DNA of 64,000 nucleotides from Malacoraja senta. Taxonomy: Eukaryota. The translations under genes and the position numbers were made by a program. Positions 1 to 9,827 of this stretch are shown in pieces. The stretch lies in contig CM075995.1 in the NCBI GenBank assembly GCA_038087875.1, forward strand, positions 7,194,001-7,258,000. Reading direction: 5' to 3'. The notes under the pieces were generated by a model. The model saw only the letters and a program-made list of their open reading frames with translations, was not told where the DNA came from and did not search any database. Each line of letters starts with the position of its first letter. Within the stretch, counting starts at the first letter, position 1.

Positions 1-1367
1 TGTAAATTGTGTTGTGTCTTGGTTCTTTTCTTGTTGTATGACTGCAGAAACAGAATTTCGTTTGAACTTCATTTGAGGTCCAAATGATAATAAACGGTAT
101 TGTATTGTACTAGGGCCTTGTACAACTGCAGAAGGACCTCTTTGCTACAATACTCAACTCCTCTTGTTATGAAGGCCAACATGCCATTCGCTTTCTTCAC
201 TGCCTGCTGTACCTGCATGCTTACTTTCAGTGACTGATGAACAAGGACCCCCAGATCCCGTTGTTCCTCCACTTTTCCCAACGAGAGATTATAGTAATGT
301 TACTATCAAAGTAATGTTACTTTGAATCCCTTCATCTAAATCATTGACTGATGAATTAATTAATAGATGCCTAAAATTAATCAATTTATAGAACATAGAA
401 CAATGCAGAATGTGGAAACAAGGAACTGCAGATTAGTTTAGTTTATTGTCACGTGTACCGAGGTACAGTGAAAAGCTTTTGTTGCGTGCTATCCTGTCAG
501 CGGAAATACAATACTGATTACAATCGAGCCGTCCACCGTGTACAGATACATGATGAGGGAATGACGTTTACTGCAAGGCAAAGCCAGCAAAGTCCGATCA
601 AGGATAGTCCGTGGGTCACCAATGTGGTAGATAGTAGTTCAGGACCGCTCTCTGGTTGCGGTAGGATGGTTCAGTTGCCTGATAACAGCTGGGAAGAAAC
701 TGGTTGTGCTTTGTAATTTAAAAAAAGTTACAAAGTGCTGGAGTAACTCGGTGGGTCAGGCACCGGTTGCAGCCTGAAGAAAGGTCCCGATCCAAAACGT
801 CATCTATCCATGTTCTCCAAGGATGTTGCCTGACCCGCAGTGTGACTCCAGCGCCTGTGCCTTTTATCTTTTCATCGGTCAGTACAGCACAGGAACAGGC
901 CCTTCGGCCCACAATCTCCATGCAGACATTATGCCAAGGTAATTTAATCTCCTCTGCCTGCAAGTGATCCATATCCCTCCATTCCCTGCATATCCATGTG
1001 CCTATCCAAACGCCTCTTAAACGACACTATTGTATCTGCCATCACCACCACCCCTGGCAGTGTTCCAGGCACTCACCACCCTCTGTGTAAAAAAAAAAAT
1101 GCCCCACATATCTCTTTTAAATATTGCCACTCTCACCTAAAGTTATATCCTTTAGCCTTTGTCATTTCCATCCAAAGGTTCTGATTCTCTACCCTATCTA
1201 TACCTCTCATAATCTTCGATACTTCTTTCTCTCAGGTCTTCGCTTCAGCGTCCAATGCTCCAGATGAAACAATCCAAGTTTATTCGACCTCTTCTTGTAG
1301 CTTAAAAATCTCTAATCCAGGCCTCATCCAGTTTCCCTCCCCTCCCCCCCCCCCCCCCCCGACTCTC

Positions 1368-1402
1368 AGTCTGAAGAAGGGTCTCGACCCGAAACGTCAC
1401 CC
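1368..1402 (+). ncRNA. Putative minimal hammerhead ribozyme core
   Basis: CTGAAGA-A-GGGTC(TC)GACCC-GAAACGTC is intact; stem I is only ~2 bp (GT/AC). Confidence 0.5.
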
Positions 1403-1508
1403 ATTCTTTCTCTCCAGAGATGCTGCCTGTCCCGCTGAGTTACTCCAGCTTTTTGTGACTAAATTAAATGAAAATCCATAACACCGTCTGTTCATTCTCT
1501 CCAGAAAG

Positions 1509-1792
1509 GTGGCACGGTGGCGCAGCGGTAGACTTGCTGCTTTACAGAGCCTGAGACCCGGGTTCGATCCCGACTACGGGCGCTGTCTGTACGGAGTTTG
1601 TACGCTCTCCCCGTGACCTGCGAGGGATTTCTTCGGGAGTTTTGGTTTTACTCCCACACTCCAAAGACGTGCAGGTTTATTTGGCTAATATGTTCGGTGT
1701 AAGTGTAAGTTGTCCCGAGTGTGTGTAGGATAGCGTGTGTGTGTCGACACGGACTCGATGGGCAGAAGGGCCTGTTTCCGTACCGTATCTCT
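1509..1792 (+). mobile_element. V-SINE
   Basis: A/B boxes, V-domain and tail. An oppositely oriented copy follows at 1889-2165. Confidence 0.85.
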
Positions 1793-1888
1793 AGCTTTTT
1801 GTGTCTATCTGTTTCTCTTCTCCACAGATGCTGCCTGACCCGCTGAGTTACTCCAGCATTTTGTGTCTATCATGTTGGTAAATCACCG

Positions 1889-2165
1889 GTTTAGTTTAGA
1901 GATACAGCGCGGAAACTGGCCCTTCGGCCCACCGAGTCCGCACCGACCAGCGATCCCCGCACTGTCCTGCACACACTAGGGACAATTTACAATTTTGCTA
2001 AGCAAATAGGCTACAAGCCTTTGGAGTGTGGGAGGAAACCGGAGCACCCGGAGAAAACCCACGCAGGTCAGGGGGCAAACGTACAAACTCCGTACAAACA
2101 GCACCTATAGTCGGGATGGATCCCGGATCTCGGGCGCTGAAAGACTCTACCGCTGCGCCACTGTG
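1889..2165 (-). mobile_element. V-SINE
   Basis: Reverse complement of the SINE, with a (TTTAG)n tail. Confidence 0.85.
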
Positions 2166-2935
2166 CGTGCCTCTCCAAACCTCCACATCCTCTCTGCATT
2201 GGGGCGACCAGGACTGCACACAATAGTCCAAATGCAGCCTAACCAAAGTTCAATACTGTGTAAGAAGCAACTGCAGATGCTGGGTTAAACCGAAGATGGA
2301 CACGAAAAAGCTGGTGTCACTCAGCGGGACAGGCAGCATCTCTGGAGAGAAGGAATGGGTGACGTTTCGGGTCGAGATCCTTCTTCAGAGACGTCACCCA
2401 TTCCTTCTCTCCAGAGATGCTGCCTGTCCCGCTGAGATACTCCAGCATTTTGTGTCTATCCAAAGTTTTAATACTGCTGTATTATTATAATTTAAAATCG
2501 TGGCTCTGTCTGAAATCTATTTTGAATCTACCTCTTGCAGCTCTCGGCAATCTCCTTATGCCCTTCCATTCCCTTTCCTTTCCAATACCTAATCCGCTTT
2601 TAGATCAGTATTATTTTCCGAGAATGCTCCCAGGAATGAGTGGGTTAACATATGATGAGCGTTTGTCGGCACTGGGCCTGTACTCGCTGGAGTTTAGAAG
2701 GATGAGGTGGGGACCTCATTGAAACTTACCGAGTAGTGAAAGGCTTGGATAGAGTGGATGTGGAGAGGATGTTTCCACTGGTGGGAGAATCTAGGACCAG
2801 AGGTCACAGCCTCAGAATGAAAGGATGTACCTTTAGAAAGGAGATGAGGAGGAATTTCTTTAGTCAGAGGGTGGTGAGTCTGTGGAATTCTTTGCCACAG
2901 AAGGCTGTGGAGGCCACGTCAATGGATATTTTTAA

Positions 2936-3420
2936 GTCGAGTCACATTTATTTATATAGCACATTAAAAAAACAACTCTCGTTAGCCAAAGTGCTTTACA
3001 TTTGTTATAAGAATAGTATAAACAGACAAACGACATACATATATACATGTAGCCCTCGCTCAGAGGACGTCAAGAAAGGCTTGGGAGTACAGATAAGTTT
3101 TTAGTCTTGACTTAAAGGAGTCGATGGAGGGGGCAGTTCTGATGGGAAGAGGGATGCCGTTCCACAGTCTAGAGCTGCAACCGCAAAGGCGCGGTCGCCC
3201 CTGAGCTTATGCCTAGACCGCCGGACATTCAGCAACCCCAAGTCGGCCGATCTGAGGGACCTGGAGGTAGAGTGGTGGGTGAGAAGACTTTTAACGTAGG
3301 TGGGGGCAAGCCCATTGAGGGCTTTGTAGACATAGAGGAGGATCTTGAAATGTATACGGAACCGCACAGGGAGCCAGTGGAGAGAGGCCAGGATCTGGGT
3401 GATGTGGTCCCTTTTTCGGG
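2936..3420 (-). mobile_element. L2-clade LINE 3' end inserted in a CR1
   Basis: RFRIHFKILLYVYKALNGLAP...RSLRSADLGLL...GDRAFAVAA is an L2 ORF2 C-terminal signature. The 3'UTR ends in AATAAA plus a GACT-type tail. Confidence 0.8.
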
Positions 3421-3985
3421 TAGAGATAGATAGATATTTGATTAGTTAGTACGGGTGTCAGAGGTTATGGGGAGAAGGCTGGTGGTTAGGAGGGGGAGAT
3501 AGATCAGCCATGGTTGAATGGCGGAGTAGACTTGATGGGCCGAATGGACTAATTCTGCTCCTCCAACTTGTGAACTTATCAGCTCATTGCATTGCGAAGG
3601 TGAATTGCTCTTATCATATTAGTTTAACAGGAGAAGTAATCATTGTATTATATAAAATGATCAGTCACTAAGCTGCACAATGGAAAAATGCTGAGCTTTA
3701 TTTGTACGTGGCGTTCACATTTAATTGGCATCTGCCCATTTAAATATTTGAATAACAGGTTTTAAAATTATATTCATGTTTGTCAAAGCAAAGGGCAGGC
3801 ACGGTGGCGCAGTTGGTAGAGTTGCTGCCTCACAGTGCCAGAGACCCGGGTTCGGTCCTGACTACGGGTGCTGTCTGTACAGCGTTTGTGCGTTCTCCCC
3901 GTGACCTGCGTGGGTTTTCTACGGTTTCCACCCACACTCCAAAGACGTGCCAGTTTGTAGGTTAATTGGTAAAGATTTGTAAATT

Positions 3986-4530
3986 GTGTGCAGTTTTGGT
4001 CCCCTAATTTGAGGAAGGACATTCTTGCTATTGAGGGAGTGCAGCGTAGGTTTACAAGGTTAATTCCCGGGGTGGCGGGACTGTCATATGCTGAGAGAAT
4101 GGAGCAGCTGGGCTTGTACACCCTGGAGTTTAGAAGGATGAGAGGGAATCTCATTGAAACATATAAGATTGTTAAGGGCTTATGCACGCTAGAGGCAGGA
4201 AACGTGTTCCCGATGTTGGGGGAGTCCAGAACCAGGGGCCACAGTTTAAGAATAAGGGGTAAGCCATTTAGAACGGAGACGAGGAAACACTTTTTCTCAC
4301 AGAGAGTGGTGAGTCTGTGGAATTCTCTGCCTCAGAGGGCGGTGGAGGCAGGTTCTCTGGATGCTTTCAAGAGAGAGCTAGATAGGGCTCTTAAAAATAG
4401 CGGAGTCAGAGGTATATGGGGAGAATGCAGGAACGGGGTACTGATTGGGGATGATCAGCCATGATCACATTGAATGGAGGTGCTGGCTCGAAGGGCCAAA
4501 TGGCCTACTCCTGCACCTATTGTCTATTGT
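3986..4530 (+). mobile_element. CR1 LINE 3' fragment (CTATTGT-tail subfamily) inserted in a V-SINE
   Basis: ORF 3988-4464 has CR1 C-terminal motifs and a (CTATTGT)n tail. SINE halves lie at ~3793-3985 and ~4532-4615. Confidence 0.88.
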
Positions 4531-6884
4531 CCAGCGTGTGTGCAGGGATCGCTGGTCGATGCGGACCTGGTGGACCGAAGGGCCTGTTTCAGCTCTGTAT
4601 CTCTGAGCTAAACTGAGCTTTGTGTCTGAGACTCCCCAGTGTTCATGCGTTCAGAAGGTACATGTGGCTCACAGCGTGTGTAAACCCACTTTATTTTCAC
4701 TCTGCATTCGGAGGGATCTCACGTTTAGTTTTGTTTAGAGATACAGCGCGGAAACAGGTCCTTCGGCCCACCGAGTCTGCACCGACCAGTGATCCCCGCA
4801 CGCTAACACTTCTTCCTCTTGTGGAGTCCACACACAAGACTAGGAGTTGTTCGGCCAGAGCTGAACACACTTCTCAGCATCTGCATACAATGGTGTCTGT
4901 CTTGTCGCTCCTTGTGCCTGGCGGTGGTGGTGGAAACAGGACCGCGACGTGAACGCTCTTTCCTTGACCCCGCACTAACACCACCCTACGCACACTAGGG
5001 ACAATTTACATTTACACCAAGCCAATTAACCTACCAACCTGGAGCGTGGGAGGAAACTGAAGATCTCGCGAGAAAACCCACGCGGGTCACGGGGAGAAGG
5101 TGCAATCTCTGCACCGACAGGCACCCATAGTCAGGATGGAACCCGGGTCTCCGGCGCTGTGAGGCAGCAACTCTACCGCTGCGCCACCGTGCCATTGACG
5201 TTGGGTAACTTAATCCTGTGCTTTGCCAATATTGAGATGTTGCACTTTCTGGGAACAAAAATAGCCTTTGAGTTAAAAGGTTGTGGGTGATCCTGTTGGA
5301 CCTAATCCTTTGGCTGGTATTCCTAAAAGTGAGTGTCCATTGTATAAGAGGCCATGTCGGGCCTGAAGTAATGGAGAATTTCCTTGCATGCTTATCAATA
5401 GACGATAGGTACAGGAGTAGGCTATTTGGCCCTTCTAGCCAGCACCGCCATTCAATGTGATCATGGCGTTATCATTAGTTTAGCTTGGTTTGGAGATACA
5501 GCGCGGAAACAGGCCCTTCGGCCCACCCGAGTCCACGCCAACCAACGATCTCACATACACTAGTTCATAAGTGATAGGGGCAGAATCAGGCCATTCGGCC
5601 CATCAAGTCTACTCCACCATTCAATCATGGCTGATCTATCTCTCCCTCTTGACCCCATTCTCCTGCCTTCTCCCCACTAACCCCTGACGCCCGTACCAAT
5701 CGAGAATCTATCTACCTCTGCCTTTAAAATATCCATCGACTAGGCCTCCACATCCTTCTGTGGCAAAGAATTCCACAGATTCACCAACCTCATCTTCCTA
5801 AAGGAATGTCCTTTAATTCTGAGGCTTTTCACTATTTGGTCAATTTCAATGAGGATTCCCCCCCCCGCCCCCATCCTTCTAATCTCCAGCGAGCCCATTG
5901 CCGTCAAATACTCATCACACGTTAACCCAACACTAGTTCTATCCTACGCACTCGGAACAATTTGCAGAAGCCATTTCTGAATTTGCAGCCGATTTACAGA
6001 AGCCAAACCTACAAACCCTGCACGTCTTTGGGGTATGAGGGTGAAACTGAAGCACCAGTCAGGGTGCCAGGCGGTATGAGTTGTTCTCCCCGTGACCTGC
6101 GTGGGTTTTCTCCGAGATCTTCGGGTTCCTCCCACACTCCAAAGAGGTGCAGGTATGCAGGTTAATTGGCTGGATGCATGTGCAAATTGTCCCTCGGGTA
6201 GTGTTGGTGTGCGGGGATCGCTGGTCGGCGCAGACTCGGTGGGTCGAATGGGTTCACAAGTTTAATTCCCGGGATGGCGGGACTGTCATATGCTGAGAGG
6301 ATGGAGCGGCTGGGCTTGTACACTCTGGGGTTTAGAAGGATGAGAGGGAATCTTATCGAAACATATACGATTATTAAGGGTTTGGACACGCTAGAGGCAG
6401 GAAACATGTTCCCGATGTTGGGGGAGTCCAGAACCAGGGGCCACAGTTTAAGAATAAGGGGTAAGCCATTTAGAACGTAGATAAGGATTCAAGATTCAAG
6501 AGAGTTTATTGTCATGTGTCCCTGATAGGACAATGAAATTCCTGCTTTGCTTCAGCACAACAGAACATAGTCGGCATAAATACAGAACAGATCAGTGTGT
6601 CCATACACCAAAGGAAACACTTTTTCACACAATGAGTTGTGAGTCTGTGGAATTTTCTGCCTCAGAGGGCGGTGGAGGCCGGTTCTCTGGATACTTTCAA
6701 GAAGGAGCTAGATAGGGCTCTTAAAGATAACGGAGTCTGGGGATATGGGAAGAAGGCAGGAACGGGGTACTGATTGTGGATGATCAGCCATGATCACATT
6801 GAATGGCGTTGCTGGCTCAAAGGGCCGAATGGCCTAATCCTGCACCTATTGCCTATTGTTTCCGCGTTGTACCTCTAAACTAAG

Positions 6885-6991
6885 CTAACGTTGTACTTTA
6901 TTTATTTTAACGCAGGTTCCCGAGACGTCTCTTCATCTGAAGCGTACTCTGGTATTGTGGGGAGGGGTCGACCCGTCGCCTTGCGTCACCG
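6885..6991 (+). promoter_or_regulatory. Branch point, splice acceptor and 5'UTR part of the SLC7 exon
   Basis: CTAAC (6885-6889), a T-rich tract, then CGCAG|G (AG at 6914-6915). The exon probably starts at 6916, implying upstream non-coding exon(s). Confidence 0.7.
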
Positions 6992-7436
6992 ATGGAGGCC
7001 GAGTCTAAGACTGCCGCCCCTGAGGCCGTGCGGCTGAAGAAGGACATCTCCCTGCTGCACGGGGTGTGCCTGATCGTGGGCAACATGATCGGATCCGGGA
7101 TCTTTGTCTCCCCCAAGGGCGTGCTGAGGTTCACCGGCTCCTACGGCCTGTCCCTGATCATCTGGGCGGTGGGAGGAATATTCTCCGTCATTGGGGCGCT
7201 GTGTTACGCCGAGCTGGGGACCACCATCAAGAAGTCCGGGGCCAGCTACTCCTACATCTTGGCGTCGTTCGGGGGCTTCCTGGCCTTCCTGCGCCTCTGG
7301 ACGTCCATGCTCATCGTGGAGCCGGCCTGCCAAGCCGTCATCGCCATCACCTTTGCCAACTACCTCATCCAGCCCTTCTTCCCTTCCTGCGAGCCGCCAT
7401 ATAGCGCCGTGCGGCTTCTGGCTGCCTTCTGTATAG
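6992..7436 (+). CDS. SLC7A7: First coding exon of a y+L amino acid transporter light chain (SLC7/LAT family; y+LAT1-like), N-terminus through TM3 to the start of TM4
   Basis: Translation [31 protein letters not shown]...[18 protein letters not shown]...[10 protein letters not shown]...FPSCEPPY...RLLAAFCI has the LAT TM1 GSG motif and the Cys for the heavy-chain disulfide (C133, 7388-7390). [17 protein letters not shown] and FLAF..LWTS fit SLC7A7 better than SLC7A6. There is an in-frame stop upstream (TGA 6938-6940) and a phase-1 donor G|GTGAGA at 7436/7437. The symbol is less certain than the family. Confidence 0.88.
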
Positions 7437-7464
7437 GTGAGATAGATACATAGACAATAGTAAG

Positions 7465-7861
7465 CAAAGATCCGACAGCGGAGCAAGATAGACCACTCCT
7501 GCTAAATGCAATGGGCTGACGTGTAGTGCGGAACATGGGCCTTTTTTTCATCCATTTCCGTAACCCGACCCGACCCGACTCGCAGTGTAATCAACGTTGC
7601 GGGGGAACAGTTTGTGATAATAAATTAAAATTCTGAAAATGAGGAGAAGATTTTTACCAAATAACTTTTATTTATACGCGGATGTTTCCGTAACCGGCTT
7701 CCGTCTCCGCACTAGTCATCTTTGCTCCGCTGTGATGGGATCTTTGGTGCGGAGACGGAAGCCGGTTACGGAATGGGGCCGAAAATTACCTATGAATCTG
7801 CCCATGACCGTACTACGTCTTTTTCGTCGAGTGGTCTATCTTGCTCGCTATAGGATCTTTG
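7465..7861. mobile_element. hAT-type MITE (non-autonomous DNA transposon)
   Basis: ~33-bp TIRs CAAAGATCC..AGCG(G)AGCAAGATAGACCACTC (7465-7498 / 7829-7861) and a perfect 8-bp TSD ATAGTAAG (7457-7464, 7862-7869). Confidence 0.85.
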
Positions 7862-7869
7862 ATAGTAAG

Positions 7870-8277
7870 TAAGTAAGTAAGTTTATTGGCCAAGTATTCA
7901 CATACAAGGAATTTGCCTTGGTGCTCCGCCCACAAGTAACAACATGACATACAGTGACAGTTACGAATGACTCAGAAAACACTAAACATTAATAATAATA
8001 AAACATTAATGATAAAACACCATTGATCAAGCATGTGAACCAACAAAATACCAGATCAAAGGGAGGCTACAGATTTTTGGCTGTTGAGTAGAGCAACTAC
8101 TCGTGGATAAAAACAGTTTTTATGTCTGGCTGTGGCAGCTTTGACAGTCCGGAGTCGCCTTCCACAGGGAAGTGATTCGAAGAGTTTGTGGCCAGGGTGA
8201 GAGGGGTCAGAGATGATCTTGCCCGCTCTCTTCCTGGCCCTTGCAGTGTACAGTTCATCAATGGAGGGAAGGTTGCA
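7870..8277 (-). mobile_element. Rex1/Babar-like 3' fragment
   Basis: NLPSIDELY...KIISDPSHPGHKLFESLP.GRRLR...KN.FYP, with a (CTTA)n tail. Confidence 0.8.
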
Positions 8278-9827
8278 GACAGTAGGTGCAGGAGTAGGCC
8301 ATTCGGCCCTTTGAGCCAGCACCGCCATTCAATGTGTTCGTGGCTGAAATCAGTATCCCGTTCCTGCTTTTTCCCCATATCCCTTGATTCCTTTAGTCCT
8401 AAGAGCTAAATCTAACTCTCTCTTGAATACATCCAGTGAATTGACCCTCGACTGCCTTCTGTGGCAGAGAATTCCACCGATTCAATAGACAATAGGTGCA
8501 GTAGGCCATTCGGCCCTTCAAGCCAGCACCGCCATTCAATGTGATCATACCCGATCATCCACAATCAGTACCCCGTTCCTGCCTTCTCCCCATATCCCCC
8601 GACTCCGCTATCTTTAAGAGCCCTATCTAGCTCTCTCTTGGAAAGTATCCAGAGAACCGGCCTCCACCGCGCTCTGAGGCAGAGAATTCCACAGTCTCAC
8701 AACTCTCTGGCTGAAAACGTTTTTCCTCATCTCCGTCCTAAATGGCTTATCCCTTATTAAACTACCGCTTAAATAACAGTTCAACTGCAGGCGAAGTGTG
8801 CAGGAAATAACTGCAGAGGCTGGTCTAAACTGAAGATAGGCACAAGGTGCTGGAGTAACTCAGCGGGCCAGAGAGCATCTCCGGGGAAAAGGAATAGTTG
8901 ACGTTCGGGTCGAGACCCTTCTTCAGACTGAGAGTCAGGGGAGAGGGAAATGAGGGATATCGAGGGTGATGCAGCGAGATATAGAACAAATGTACCAAAG
9001 ATAGACACATAGTCCTGGAGTAACTCAGCAGGCCAGGCAGCATCTCTGGCTGCCTACTGTACAGGTGAGGGAGAGAAACACTGGCCCGTACACTGTGCTA
9101 AGCGCTCAACTCCATAGTTATAGCCAGAATGCTGGTTGGATTGAGGGGTGAGATTCCCTTATCATGTATCCACACAGTAAATGGCTCGATTGTAATCGTG
9201 TCTTGTCTCCCCACTGCGACGGAAGCTTTTCACTGTACTTTGGTACACGTGGCAGCTTTGACAGTCCGGAGTCGCCTTCCACAGGGAAGTGATTCGAAGA
9301 GTTTGTGGCCAGGATGAGAGGGGTCAGAGATGATCTTGCCCGCTCGCTTCCTGGCCCTTGCAGTGTACAGTTCATCAATGGAGGGAAGGTTGCAGACAGT
9401 AGGTGCAGGAGTAGGCCATTCGGCCCTTTGAGCCAGCACCGCCATTCAATGTGTTCATGGCTGATCATCCAAAATCAGTAAACTCAACTAAACTCAACTG
9501 ATCAAAAGGAAACTGCAGATGCAGGTTTACACCAAAGATAGACACAAAGTGCTGGAGTAACTCAGCGGGTCAGGCAGCACACCTGGAGAAACTGGTTATG
9601 TGACGATTCGGGCCAGAATCACTCCTTCGAGGGTGTGATATTCATGTTAGACAATAGACAATAGGTGCAGGAGCAGGCCATTCGGCCCTTCGAGCCAGCA
9701 CCGCCATTCAATGTGATCATGGCTGATCATTCCCAATCAGTACCCCGTTCCTGCCTTCTCCCCATATCCCCTGACTCCGCTGTTTTTAAGAGCCCTATCT
9801 AGCTCTCTCTTGAGAACCTGCCTCCAC

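Noticed and set aside
6986..7486. 166-aa antisense ORF and other overlapping ORFs on the SLC7 exon
   Set aside because: Shadow ORFs caused by GC3-rich codon usage; no recognisable protein motifs.
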